The position numbers were made by a program, and so were the translations under genes. Below, piece by piece: positions 28,741 to 40,795 of a stretch of DNA of 64,000 nucleotides. The notes beneath the pieces are model-generated. The model made no database searches, had not been told where the DNA came from, and worked only from the letters and a program-made list of their open reading frames with translations. This DNA comes from Girardia tigrina (lineage: Eukaryota): the NCBI GenBank assembly GCA_001938485.1, contig MQRK01203012.1:1-64000 (forward strand), in the 5' to 3' direction. Each line of letters begins with the position of its first letter. The stretch's first letter is position 1.

Positions 28741-31700
28741 TGGTAAATGTACAAACTTCGTAAAACTCGTATATGTAATATAATATTAATTATTATAGAT
28801 ATGTGTATTCACAGTACGAAAACATAAAACTCTCAGCATTTAGGTAACTTACGAGAGTAAATACTGAAAATTCCTTATATAAACACCTCAAGAATTCGAT
28901 CTTGAAATTAACAAATAACATTTTAAATTTCATAATTATATCTCAATCATTTAAAGTTGAGAATATGTATTGCAATAAATCACATACTCCTTTAGGTTTG
29001 TGTTCGGACATTGTTTATCAATACACATGAAATGGGTGCAATGCCAAATACATCGGAGATACTGCTCGTCATCTCTGCAAACAAGTCCAATAACACAGTG
29101 AAAAAGGGGGAAAGAGTAATATTGCTGAGTATAAAAAAACGTGTAAATGTAATATGAGCATAAATGATTTTAAGATTTTGTGGAAGCATTTTAAAAATTA
29201 TTGGAGAGTGTCAAGTGAAGCATTGTTGATAAGATCATGTGATATAAAAATCGATTTTCAAACAGCATTCTCAACTAATTTGTTAAGACTTTTCGATTAG
29301 ACTTACGTAAGTGATTACATAATCATTAATTTCTTAAAAAGAACATAATCAGTGATTTGATGGTGACGCTTAAACCGTCGAAATATATTATCATAAAATA
29401 TTTTTTTAAGTAATAATAGTTGCATTTTTAGATTAAGATTATAACAATTCAATTACATTTCATAAAAAAGCCAAGTAAAAAAGATAATATAAATGTAAGA
29501 ACCCCTTTAAATCATTTTGGAAAAATCAAATTCAAACTTACATTATCGGGAGAAATATCTTGTGATCTTTATGAGCTGAAGGCTTCGTCGTGAATATTCT
29601 AGGGTACAAAATATATGAATCTAACATTAAAGAAGATATACTCATCATAAAACTGTATGGATTGAGATCCATGATGAACTGATAAAGTGAACTCTGATGG
29701 GAATAAATTTTCAGTAACTTTAACTGTCTGGTTAAGAAAAAACAATGGTTATATTAATTGATTATCAAAATAGCTATCAAAATCATTATTATTTTTTCTC
29801 GACAATTTATAAAAACTTATAGGGGACGCAAAAAACTGCATTTTAGAAGAATAAAATTTGATTTTGAATATGATGGATAATATATTCATTTTCGTACTTG
29901 ATTTGTGCTATAAAAATTGATTTTGATTACACATTTGATTTATTTATTTTATAATATATTTATTTGTATTGATGTTGTTTTTTAATGGTGTTCTTCACTT
30001 TCTATACTTAGTGTAAATATGAAACATATCGCGGTAAACATGAAATTTTTCATTGCAACCTTACGAAAGAGTGATTGTAAAGCTATAGAAATATATTCCC
30101 TGTTAGTTGCTGATAATGAATCAAGAACCTTTTCTATCATTTATTGCATGGTTAGATCATTGCTAACACTGGGTATAATTGATGACTAGTCTTATTCCAT
30201 ATTAGCAATTCAATATTTCAATTTAGTAAGTTATAAACATTGTTATGTCAAAAGTTTCTAAAATTTCTGATTTATACTTTTATTCATAAAGACGTTCCAT
30301 TTTACCCTTCACTTAAGTCTCGGTCTTTATTCGCATTGATTTATTATTTGTCTTAAGGCTTAAAAGATAGAACTAACGTCAATTTACAAACTTTTCTAAA
30401 ACATTTTCATCAGATTTGCTTTTGATACGACAGAAATGTAGTGAAAAAACTTTTTTTCTCCGTTTTTCTAGGCTTTTTATAGTCTTAAAACATAGTTGAT
30501 ACACCAGTACATCATTTTGCAAAATTTTATTTTAAAACATTTCGTACTACAAAAGAATTCACTCAAAGTTAAGAGACAAATTAAGCTTGTTGTGATAAAA
30601 AAATCCATCTAGACGTGAAGCAAATTATGCTATAAATTATGCAATAGGTAGAATTATAATTTATTAAGATACTGCATAAGGTATACCAAGACTGCTCAAC
30701 CTGCAAGCTTGGTTTTAGTCCAGAAGCCTATTATTTACCCTTTTGCGTAAATATTAGAACACGGTTAGACGTTTTAGGATATGAATAAAATAATCATTTG
30801 AGATGAAACGTGTTTTATCAATTTTCTTTGAGACTCATTTTTTAGAAGGTGAAAAACCCACAGATATGAACGACATAAAGTGATGACAAGATGAAATTTT
30901 GAAAATGTACTTTATATCAAGCTAATGGGTCTTTCTTTATTCCAACAGGTTACACTGTCTCTCTTGGAATTTTGATGGAATGGATGTTAATGACAATCAT
31001 TATTTTGTTATCACTTTCTCCTAAGAACGGAGAAGCATACAGCCCTTCCAAAAATTATGAAATAGTTCCAGTCCATACAGCTACTAACTTTACCTGGATA
31101 TTATCCTAACCTCTTACCAACAGAGAATTTTGATTTTGTCCTTTAAGAGTTCCTTCCACCCAGCCAAACAATAAACAAAAAGTCTTACTTGCGTGTTTAG
31201 CGTTGTTTGTGTGTAGTTTTGCAAGAATAGGCCAGAACTAAGAAAAGAAAATATTTGTTTTGCTTCACAATACCTTCTTACACTGCACTATTTCGGGTAA
31301 AAAAATGACCCCTTTCGTTTAACAACCCCCATATTCACCTGGTTTAGCATCGTAGAAGTTTTAGGTATTCACAATGTTCATAAGACCACTGCAGGGAAAT
31401 TATTTTGAGAAAATTGAAGTAATTCAACATGCATCGATTCGCGCTCTGAAAACTATTGTGGCTAGGATTTATGTTGATTTAAGTATTTCGGGTCGTTATG
31501 GGATTACTTAAATGGCAACAAAATAGATTTTTTAAATAAATAACAATTAGTATAACTTTCTCGAAACAGAATATTTGAAAAATTCGAATTACAATCAAGA
31601 AACAGCATTGATTAAAGAAAATATTTTCGATAAACACTCAAATCAGAAATAAAAACCGTTTTATCATCGAATTTTTTCTTTCTCGATTTGACTTGTTCGA

Positions 31701-32081
31701 TATTCGTATGATCGCGTTTGTTCTCAGTGATCTTGTCGAGTGTTTTATCGTAGAGAAAGGTTAAATCGCTGATTTTGAAAACCGATGTAACTTAAAAAAA
31801 TTCGATAATAAAGAATACTTTCCCGCCCCGCAAATGCACACAGGATTATCGGTTATGTGTCGGAATTTTTCTCTTCGTGTAGGACTCGTCCAAACGTTAG
31901 ACACTTTTCCTTCGAGAGGTGAATGAAAGCTGTCTTTACAATATTTCAGATTCGTTAAAATGTCATTCGGTATAAAAGCGGGAATGTTATTCAAATTAGT
32001 AATTGGTAAAACATTATCTTTAATTTTTAATAATGGCAATCGTCCTTTTTCCGGTAGATTTACGGTGCACAGTTGATTCAT
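5656..32081 (-). CDS. AXDND1: AXDND1-like gene, 5' part; exons 32081-31819, 31768-31657, 29727-29642, 29598-29542, 26540-26360, 26309-26215, 26171-26079, 19001-18935, 5814-5656; continues beyond the left edge
   Basis: All exons are bounded by AG/GT with compatible phases (1113 nt = 371 codons, no stops). Translated blocks are collinear with vertebrate AXDND1 as recalled: VWTSPTRREKFRHITDNPVCICGAG, DLTFLYD, ENLFPSEF..QFYDE, LHNLLAFVKKEQDLYNIIFHGIIKE, TVDCIERGELLSNIRQRY, KIVAQKILDRRLTEELIRF, ELSGVQDH, NADLLREYHSLYEQQRQRLE..ERDCWRTAAY. Confidence 0.9.
6950..7005 (+). repeat. Conserved box of an unidentified dispersed repeat (six copies in the window)
   Basis: TGTGTTTCTCCCACCCAGATGGA-like copies at ~611(+), 6970(+), 12581(-), 34264(+), 40070(-) and 56101(-). 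Confidence 0.8.
9590..9905 (+). mobile_element. Penelope-like GIY-YIG remnant
   Basis: VQANLVYQFK..NRHL*PRIAEH; nucleotide similarity to 4610-4915. Confidence 0.75.
10222..10261 (-). ncRNA. Minimal hammerhead motif (weak stems)
   Basis: Reverse complement ctgt-CTGATGA-t-GACGG atatt CTGCC-GAAA-TATA-T-T-gc. Confidence 0.6.
10850..11145 (-). mobile_element. MULE/Mutator transposase C-terminal remnant
   Basis: *NVF*AINDDLAITNNSIIGWHKRLNE resembles the WN..DLPRTNN.IEGWH motif. Confidence 0.6.
11331..11366 (+). ncRNA. Degenerate hammerhead / PLE pLTR copy
   Basis: cacaa-CTGAATA-t-GCCG taa TGAC-GAAA-AATG-TT; homologous to 5057-5093 with core mutations; followed by (TA)n. Confidence 0.55.
12188..12362. 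mobile_element. pogo/Tigger-like MITE
   Basis: TA-flanked imperfect TIRs CAGT..A.CTCTAT.TAACGAA, with internal TATTTAACGAA repeats. Confidence 0.75.
12490..12561 (+). repeat. Perfect 36-bp tandem duplication
   Basis: TAGAAATAAATTTAAACATGACATATTTTCAGATAA x2. Confidence 0.9.
12700..13040 (+). mobile_element. mariner transposase C-terminal remnant
   Basis: QTYSPNVDPSD..QTMQHL..FKSFNEVEK resembles HPPYSPDLAPSD..MQH..F.S.EEV. Confidence 0.55.
13612..13725 (+). pseudogene. Protein phosphatase 1 catalytic subunit N-terminal fragment
   Basis: [38 protein letters not shown] matches the PP1c N-terminus ([26 protein letters not shown].EIRGL), then homology stops. Confidence 0.85.
13825..14366 (+). 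pseudogene. PAICS: PAICS/ADE2 SAICAR-synthetase domain fragment, frameshifted and truncated
   Basis: EGKTK, MEGEAAIS, IEWVTRRIATGSFLKRN, FFKNDTNHD, IFENLEKFW..NCQLIDIKIE; frameshift near 13880 and a short deletion after HD. Confidence 0.9.
14540..15380 (+). mobile_element. Chapaev3 (CMC) transposase remnant and right end
   Basis: LLHLHVKLAIFKIFFKVLD, IFPRLSATKIKKGVF, MSPKIHFLKSHIDFFP and DEHG*RF resemble LPPLHIKLG, FPKLSEAKIKEGIF, MSLKIHFL.SHLDFFP and SDEHGERF. Confidence 0.7.
15745..15880. repeat. pogo-like subterminal repeats (GGATAACTCG)
   Basis: Several (CG)GATAACTCG(A) copies. Confidence 0.45.
22370..22945 (+). mobile_element. Tc1/mariner (rosa-like) remnant
   Basis: LKHRV N-terminus and FWGYLKDKIYC near 22810; heavily decayed. 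Confidence 0.5.
24500..25620 (-). mobile_element. pogo/CENP-B-type DDE transposase remnant
   Basis: ASTGWLDKF HTH, IYNFDETAIF, ICAASAAGTKLP, LQPVD, and AWD near 24600. Confidence 0.8.
27763..28380 (-). pseudogene. Intronless ~205-codon frame with one in-frame TAG, nested in AXDND1 intron 4; product unknown
   Basis: ORFs 28042-28380 and 27763-28038 are in the same frame, separated by TAG plus one codon. GC content is higher than the flanks. Confidence 0.5.
28880..29400 (+). mobile_element. Penelope-like 3' fragment with degenerate hammerhead (29352-29394)
   Basis: High nucleotide similarity to the reverse complement of 47340-47875 (SDIVYQYT..YIGDTARHL). Motif gtgat-TTGATGG-t-GACG..CGTC-GAAA-TATA-T-T-atcat. 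Confidence 0.85.
30830..31490 (+). mobile_element. mariner remnant
   Basis: QPPYSPGLAS near 31322-31355; otherwise decayed. Confidence 0.5.
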
Positions 32082-32149
32082 TTACAAATAAATCAATTTT
32101 AATTGATTTATTAAAAAATAATTTTACAATTCAAATTGTCGCTATTTGT

Positions 32150-32163
32150 GTCGTCATGTTGAC
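32150..32163. promoter_or_regulatory. Possible degenerate RFX X-box ~70 bp upstream of the AXDND1 ATG
   Basis: GTCGTCATGTTGAC, an imperfect palindrome centred on AT, in the position expected for ciliary genes; poor match to consensus. Confidence 0.3.
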
Positions 32164-32565
32164 AAATTTAAACAACGATTTTTTCTCAGATTTGGAATTT
32201 TTACTGTAATTTGAGTTCAAATAAAAACAATTGAATTTTTAATAGTATAAATGACAGAAATATTTATTAATTTATTTTTGGCATTATTTCTTTTTAATTT
32301 TGTAATTCCTCTTTAAATTTTTGATTGATAATTTCTTAAGAACAAAATTTTGGACAAGTTTTTTAAATAAATTAATTATGTTCTGGTATAGAATAAAGTT
32401 TGTCAGTGAGAACTAAGTAAAATCATTTGAAGGGTCAGATCATGAGGTACACTTCATGAATTAAGTCTATTAATATGAAGAAGCATAAAAAGGAAATCAA
32501 AAAAGCATAAAATTGCACATTTAGATCACATTTTGATATGGAATTTGGAAGATATTATTGTAAAA

Positions 32566-33362
32566 AGGAGTTATGTGATAAAATAGAAGAAGATAAAACA
32601 GAACAGGAAAAAAATAGAACAGTGATAAGACAGAAAATTTATTTATTTTTGAAACACAATAATTAATAATAAATAAATAATATCTTTATTTTTCTAACAC
32701 ATTAAAAACTTCTTTCACATAATATACAAAAATACATTGTAATGAATAAAAAGCAAAAAAGTTTTCATTCTGACCTCAAATAATTGTAATATATTAAAAA
32801 TACGTTAAATTAATAACTAACTAGCAATTGAGATTTCTTTATCTGGTCGCTTATTAAAAAATAAAATATAAGAACAATATTTTTTGTAGAATAGCCCTTT
32901 GTCGAATAGTATAATCTAAAACGCCAAGTTGTTATTTCAAAATTATATACTCTGAATTTTGCATACTCAAAACCTAGCAAAATCAGAACTCGATTTCCCT
33001 TGTCTTTCATAGAGTATTCCACTATAACCCTGTTGAAAACTAAAATAAAATAATAATTAATTCTATTTTTAGTCTAAATTATGTCATAAAAATAGTTAAG
33101 CTCCAAATTAGGTTTAAAAAATTGTTTTTCTTTAACATCAAATAGATTTTATTAGTTTTCGAAAAATAAATTAAAAATCTAAATTGAACTTACCTTGGTA
33201 GAATAAATTTAAATGATTTATTTTAAAATAATACATGTTTAAGTATATATAAAAATGTAACGAAATTCTTTATCAGTCTGTTTCTCGTTAATAATGTTCT
33301 GTTTTATCCTGTTCTGTTCTGTACAGTTCTGTTTTGTCAAGTTCTGTTTTATCCAGTCACCG
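32566..33362 (-). mobile_element. Internally deleted MULE (FLYWCH) element
   Basis: Inverted arrays of GATAAAACAGAAC at 32575-32640 and 33270-33360; ORF 32810-33022 (KGNRVLILLGFEY..TTWRF) is FLYWCH-like. Confidence 0.65.
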
Positions 33363-34799
33363 TTAAAATGACATGCTGAGGTATGAGTATTTTAACTAAA
33401 TTCATTTATTAACTGTTGCCATGGACAAATAATGCTGGAAGTCACAAAAGAAGTTTTCAAAAAAGGATAAAAGAATCACGACTTTGACTCAAAATATATC
33501 TTCCTAGTTTTTAAATCAAATTGAAAATATGTTTAGTAGATAGAAATAATTTGTTTGAAGAGACAACAATCCGAAGATAAGTAGCATATAATAAATGCAA
33601 TAGAACGTGTATCAAGATTAATTACGACTAACGATTTTAAAGCATTTGTTCAAAATATACTGTCAGGTTAACCAAGGGATAAAAAATAAATAACGTTTTC
33701 AATAAAGACTTTTATTTAATAAAATAATTAAATAAAAATAATTTTAGGGTTTTTAAAATTGAAAAGAAAGCTGTTAAAAGGAAGAAAATCGTTTATAAAA
33801 TAAAGATAAAAGCCTGGTTTTTTCAAATAAATGTTTTAAAATTAAAAAAACTTATTAAAGAGACTTATTTTTTAATTTACAAAAGTTTTACATTTTATTT
33901 TCGATAAAGAGATCAGTGAACCAATTCATTTTTATTTTAATAATTTAGTCCGTGTGCAAAATAATTTGATAACACATTCTCTAGTTCTTTGATAATTAAA
34001 AAAATAAAGTAAATAATAAATGCCTTCTAGCTATTTGACATTGAAAAAGATTGTTCTAGAAGTACAAACTATCTACATTCAGAAGCAAAATATCATTTTA
34101 TATTCTATTTATAATTAATGATGTAACATTGATTTTATTTTGAAAAGTTTTATAAAAATTAAAAGTTTATTTATAATTTTTGTTAATCCTATTTTGTTAA
34201 TCCGATGGCCACCACTTCAGTATTGATGATGTATGTTGATTTGAGTATATTTAACTTAGAATGGTGATTTTCCCACCAAGATGGAAATTGGTATTTTTTT
34301 GTATTTAGTGATTGGCTATTCGAACATAATTAAAATTATAATTTGAAAAGTTTATATTTTTAAAATTAACAGTTAAAATTAAGTTTTTATTTTTAAGAAA
34401 AAAAGCATATAATTAGATATAAAATTAATAATTAATAAAATTTAATTAAAAATAATAAAAATGTTACCAAATTGTTAAAAATGATTTAAGTTTTTACAAA
34501 GAAATAGTTTAAATTATGAGTTTTAATTAATATTTTTAGAAATTACATATTTTAAAAAGATTTAGAAAAATTGTTCGAGTAATCATGATTAAAAATAGAA
34601 ATACAAAAACCAATTAGAGTGATATCAAAGGGGGAATGATCTTCCCAGAGTTGTGATGACTCTAAATGTGATAATAACAAAACTTGAAATGAAAATTTTC
34701 TCAATGTTCTATACATTTCAATTATTATCTGTATTGGAAAAATTTAAACTGAGACCATAAAACCATAACTTTCATGTTTCATACGAAGAAACCATTAAA

Positions 34800-37700
34800 G
34801 GCGCTATTACAAACGTGGATGAAATAGAATTTTAAAAAGGAGTGCTATATAACAACGCAGAACTGCTATCAAGACGGAATCGCGATACCTGTATACTATG
34901 TCAAATCGAACACGAGAAGGCAGAAAAAGGTAAAAACGACACCAGATTATTAGTAGTGACTACGAGGAGTCACACCAAAATTGGTATGAAAGATCTCATT
35001 ATACAAATACATAGAAAACTGAACCATACGGGAGCAGAAAAAGTAAACAAATACCTGAGGGACAAGTTTGACATTGAAAAAGAAAGGAAAACGGTATAAG
35101 AGGAATATATAGAGAGTGTCAACAGACAAAAACAATAACCCCAAAGACAAAGGAAGAAAACATGAACATAACAGTGTCAGAAGTATTTGAGAAGGTTTTG
35201 TCACGACCCTTTCGAGTTAAAACATTTTTGCAAGCTCAAGAGCGCCCAGTGGTTATTAAGAGTCAACCACAACCCACTGTCATTTTATGAATGTGTTTAT
35301 AAAGTTGTTGGTAAACGGGTCAGACGCCTCTTCTTACTTGACATCTGACTAACAGTGCCAAGCTCAAAGGGCCTGCTGGTTCGATTACAGACAGGACGAG
35401 TTATCAGCCCTCCGCCTAGATCAGCGTCGATCGGGGTGATTTCTTGTTGTGTAAGCATATGTTCTCCTCCAATGAATGCATCACTCATGCCTGTATGAAA
35501 TGTAAATGCTGTGCAGTAATTGATACTTGTGGCACTGTTGTGTGGTATATATTATAGAACTTATTTATTAAAATATCATGATTGACAATAAAGTACCTTA
35601 TTTCAGTGTCATCGGCACTGCTAACGGGAGATAAATTGTATTTTTCCAGCATTTTTGAAATTTAATTTTTTTACTCTTAAAGTCTGGATTCACTCTTAAA
35701 CGCTGGCAAATCAGGTGTGTATGAGGTATGTATGAGGTGTGTTTTTGTCTCTGTATGTATGTATTGTATGTGTGTTTTGTGTGTATGAGGGGTAGAACAT
35801 TCTTTTCTATAATATAAACTATTCTTAAATGCTGTGAGTTATTTTTATCATCTGTTTAAACGTTTTTTATGATTTTTAATTGGCTATTTATTTTTAGATT
35901 TACAATTTTCATTTGGATTTTTCAAACGAACGATGTTAAGTCACTGTTAATTGCCAGTGACTGTATTACTTTGACAAATATTCAAACCATCAATTCGCTC
36001 TCTACAAATTAGTCATTTAATAAACTCTAAAATATTCACTCATTTAGAATATGTATCTACGCTTTGATTCGTTCTATCGACTGGCTGATTATAGCATACA
36101 TGTACGCACATCTATTGATTACATTTGTCCTTGATGTTGTTTGCTCTCTGAACGATTGCATCTCTATTGAAGTTATTAATTTTAACAACACATTGAACTC
36201 TGAATATCAGTGTACTGTGTTGGATACATGTGGATTTTTATTTCTCTGGCAGATGTGCGAGCTCAACAACGACGACGAAGACCAGCTTCCTCTTAACTTT
36301 CTAATGAAGGAGTTACTACTCAAATGTTCGGATTATTTAAAATTAGAAAATAAGAAGGTTTTCATATCAATACATATATTCAAGTGAGTAAATCAATACT
36401 AACACACAAAATAATAACTACCATTACAGTTTCTACGTGGTCCGGAGGATGGTTCTTTTGTAGTCAGTTCCTTACGATTTTCGGTTTCGCGTCTTCTTGA
36501 TTAGTTCGTTGCACGTTAACGCTGCTAATGACTTGTCGATTTGAATCTATCGGGTATCTCGATTAATAATTATTCGATTTAATTCTCGCTCTCTTCTTCA
36601 AGTTATTCCACTTGTTATCAAAATGGTCTCTCTATTAAAATGTTCTATTAAAATGGTCCTCCTTTTCTGCAAATCACCGTCATATTTATAACAATAATTT
36701 TCAGCGATTGTATGCCTGACTTTATTGTGGAGGTATTCTATTGGTGGAACTTTTTGATTCTCGGTTTTTATTTGACGGGGTCTACCACACATGCCGGTTT
36801 CTAGCAGTGCTGCCATCATTCTCGGAACGCGTGATCAGTATTATTCATGGATGAATCATGCTGATTAATCGCATGATGGTTTCGCTGTTGACTCATGCAG
36901 GTTTTTTAATTAATTCTTCTTATATTTTAATTAATTTTTTAATTTAGCAGGGGCTATACTTCGTTCAGGAATATGTTATCGTCTCGCGAGTCTCACCCAT
37001 GAACTCGGTTCACTGAGAGCTCTTCGGAGAGGGTCGGGTGACCTTCTATTCTTACGGTGAAGTTCAGTAAGGGCTTTGTTATTGGGTTGGGTTCTTTTTT
37101 AATTAACGTTTGCTCTTTTAAGGTTTATAACTTCTCTCGGGGTCGTGCAATCTGTTGGAGAATTATTGCCACTGACGCTCCTAACGAAGCTCTGTTAGGG
37201 AAGGGGCGGTTGTCTGATTTCTCTCAACGGGTGAGTTTTCAAATGACTCTGTCCATTTTTCTTTATGTTATGTTTAGTTTTAATGTGGTTTCTTCAGTGC
37301 TCTGCCGGTCAACAAGGATGTCGAAATGGCTTCGGAATTTGCTTGATTGTGACAATGTCGTTACTCTTAAATATATGTATTTTGTATCAATCTTTCTTTT
37401 AACTCTCTTTATAATTCATGTATAGGTAATGTGTAAATGCATGTATATGTAACCAAGTTTCGACCACAACAGTTTATATAGACATCTACGGATCGTGGTC
37501 GGAGACAATAAGAAACGAAAGATATATCTTGGGAATAATAGATAACTTCAGTAAATACTTAAGTCTGACGGTAATTAAAAAACAAGATGAAGCAACATTA
37601 GTACAAATGATATTTAAAAAATGGATACTAAAATTTGGAGCACCCACAAAGGTCTAGATAGACTGCGGAAAGTGTTTCAAAGCGAAAAAAGCAAAATAAA

Positions 37701-39140
37701 TATTGGAAGCAAAAGATATAAAATTAATTTTCTCCAGTCCATACCACCATAATACAAATGGGATAATTGATAGGCAGTTTCGAACTATACGAGAATTCAT
37801 CGAGGTAAATTTAAAAGAGAGAAATGGAACAAGTTGGGCAAACATATTACCAGAAGTGGAAATAGCTATAAATGCAACAAAACAAAAGACGATAGGGTGT
37901 AATCAAGCAGAAATCGTATTTAAGAAGAAAATAGATAGACAAAAGTGGTTTGAAGGCAGTAACATAAACTCAGAGGATACTAGACTAAGATTAGCAAAAC
38001 CAGAATAAAACGTGACGCAAAGAATATATGAAGTTGGGTCTGGATATTGTAAATACAAAAACTCCAGTGAAGGTATAGAGTGTTTATTTTTACAATTAAA
38101 TAAAAATATTAAACGGAATTAATAACTTCTAACGGTTAATTAAAGAGAATAATACACAAAATAATAACTTTGACTATTTAATAAGTTTTATTAAAGTTCG
38201 TAATAACCCAACTACAAATACCAATTCGAAATATTTCATGGAATGCAAAAGAAAACTGTAAAACTTGATTCAATGGGAAAGAACCAAAACCACTGTAGGA
38301 TTTCTTTAATATTGTAATTCGATTAATAAAAATATAGTTCTTTTGATATAACGAGATCTAAACGAGGTGGAGTTGTTTTGCGAATAAAAATCTTGAATTA
38401 AACCGAACAATAATTAGTCTTTAATAATCTTCTGACAATTATAATATTCTAATTGCTTCTAAGGTCTTTGCGTTTTTGAATTTATTGTTTTTTTTCTATC
38501 CAAAACGATGATATTTGATTCACGAATGTTGATACTGACAAATTAACGGATAATAAACAGTGATTAGTAATTTCAATTTCTGGTTGCCAATTTAATACTT
38601 TTTAATTATCGTCAATCGATTTTATTATTTGTATTTTTTTCAAATTTATTTAAATCTTTATCACTATTATATTTAATAATATTATTGCCGTCATAATTTC
38701 CAAACGATAAAATGAATCGACGGCCGGCAAAGATCGTATCGAAACCTAAAACGATAATAGTAAAATCTCATAAAAAATATAATTCCCGTTGATAAATAAA
38801 AATTAATGATAAATAAAAACATATGAATAAAAATATAAAAACAAAAAAATAAGCATTACAAAAATTAAGCTGAAAGTTTTTATCACACAAAAAAAATAAT
38901 ATGAATTACATAAGGACAAAATAATAAGTAAAGATAAAAATAATGATCAAGTAATTACATAACTTAATTACACACATACACACGTCACAAACAAAAAAAG
39001 AATCAGTAGGGCACTGCAGATATGAACGGAGAAAACAGAGTCGATCGCTCATATGAAATCATAGAAAAGATTCACGAAAGAAGTTATAAGGTGGAAGACA
39101 AAAATAGTAGACAAATTATTTTAAAAAGAGGGGATTTTAG
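34800..39140 (+). mobile_element. Gypsy integrase remnant split by nested insertions
   Basis: IHRKLNHTG (zinc finger); FEKV|YIDIYG..YILGIIDNFSKY, SSPYHHNTNGIIDRQFRT (core); YEIIEKIHERSYKV followed by the polypurine tract AAAAAGAGGGGA at ~39123. Confidence 0.85.
35199..37471. mobile_element. 2273-bp TGT...ACA insertion with 4-bp TSD (solo LTR or deleted LTR element)
   Basis: GTTT at 35195-35198 and 37472-37475; removing the insert restores integrase FEKVYIDI. Confidence 0.85.
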
Positions 39141-40240
39141 AATATTTTGGTCAACTTTAAATTTTTGAATATTTAAAATGTAAAATCATATTTATAACTA
39201 AACTAAGTTCAAATAATTTATTTACATAAGTTTTTAGAAAAGTAATTTAAAAAGGGAAAATTTAATTGGAAAGGATTTTTACAATTAATGTTTAAAATTA
39301 AAAGTGAAAATAAATATTTCACGAAAATTAATTTTAGCAGTAAAATTTGCATTGGAAATAATTTTTATAATTAATGTATAAGATAAAACAATGAAAATAA
39401 ATATTTTAAAAAATCAATTTAACATTGAAAAAGCGAAAATGATTTTTATAATTAATCTTTAAAATCATATTTCGGATTTACAAAAATTATAAATAAAATT
39501 TTAATTTATACAAAACTTAACAAAATAAAATCAATGTTACATCATAATTTATCATATTCGTACTAAGAATTTTAAAAATCTGGTTTATGCAAATTGAAAA
39601 TATTGTTCCTCATAAATTTGTTTGTAAAATGTAACATATATTAGAAATAAATTTTTAGTGTCATGAATCTTGATCTTAATCACGAATTCAATAAACATTA
39701 ATATGATATCCAATACTTTTATTGACATCACGACTCGAATTTCACCTATATCAATTCTCCTAAAAATCTTTGTAATTAAACAATGTTCTGGATTGATATT
39801 TTTATTCTATTTCTAAATTTCTAATTATTCGAAAAAAATTAAATAACAGTTCTTTAGTAAAGTAATTATTGTATAAAATATTTTTAATTCATTTTACATA
39901 CATTATTTATGATTAAATAAATCTTATTATAATATACTATTAATATATTTTTAATCACTTTCAAATAAATGTAAAATATTTTGATTAAACTATTATAACA
40001 TCTTTATTAATTAAAACATATTAATTTAATTTTAAAGTTGTTATTTACATTTCAAAATTATCAGAATAATCTGGGTGGGAGAAACACAATCCTAAAACAA
40101 CATACTAAACACAACCACTATTCGAAAATATTCCTTAATAAGGCAAATAAATACGAGTCCCACGCCACATTAACAACGCTCACCATAGAAATTAAATTGT
40201 TAAATTAACTTGAAAAAATTCATATGATAATGTAGATTTC

Positions 40241-40795
40241 CTAGAATACCGTCTGAAGCGTGAGAAGCTGCGCTTGGCGCGCGGACTCATGCCCTGAACC
40301 GCGTTGTTCTTTCTGACAAAATGGGGAGACAGAACCGGTTCTAACAATAATTACATTACCGGTTTTGGATGGCGCATTTTTGAATACCATAGGGCCGCCA
40401 TCACACCCTCGCGCGATAAGATTAGAATCGAATGACGATGGACAATTGTCGGGAATGATTTCCATTTCTGAATGCTGGTTGATCATTTCGATCAATTCGC
40501 CGATTGTCGGTTGTTCTTTGAACGGTTGAAGCAGTTCGATCGGAGACGATTTCATGGTGATCGATGCCAGTTTGATGGCGTTGTTGAATTTCGTATTCAT
40601 TGACATCGCCAAGTGATTGTCGGGAGTGAGCGGTTGCCGGACGTTGTTGCAATTCGATGATGATTTGACTTTACGAGCGATACAATGTGGAATGATAATC
40701 GGTTCGGGATCATTACTACGACCGAATCGTAGTTTCGTTGATAAAGGATGAAAAACGAGAATGTTTTCCCGTGGAAATGATGTTGATTTAGACAT
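40241..40795 (-). pseudogene. Actin-related protein 8 (ARP8/ACTR8)-like N-terminal fragment
   Basis: ILVFHPLSTKLRFGRSNDPEPIIIPHCIARK resembles ARP8 IIVIHPGS.TLRIGRA.D..P..IPH.IARR; no downstream exons were recognised. Confidence 0.7.

Noticed and set aside
33415-33428. X-box-like GTTGCCATGGACAA 1.3 kb upstream of AXDND1
   Set aside because: It probably encodes the VAMD catalytic motif of a decayed Tc1/IS630-like transposase, so the match is likely coincidental.
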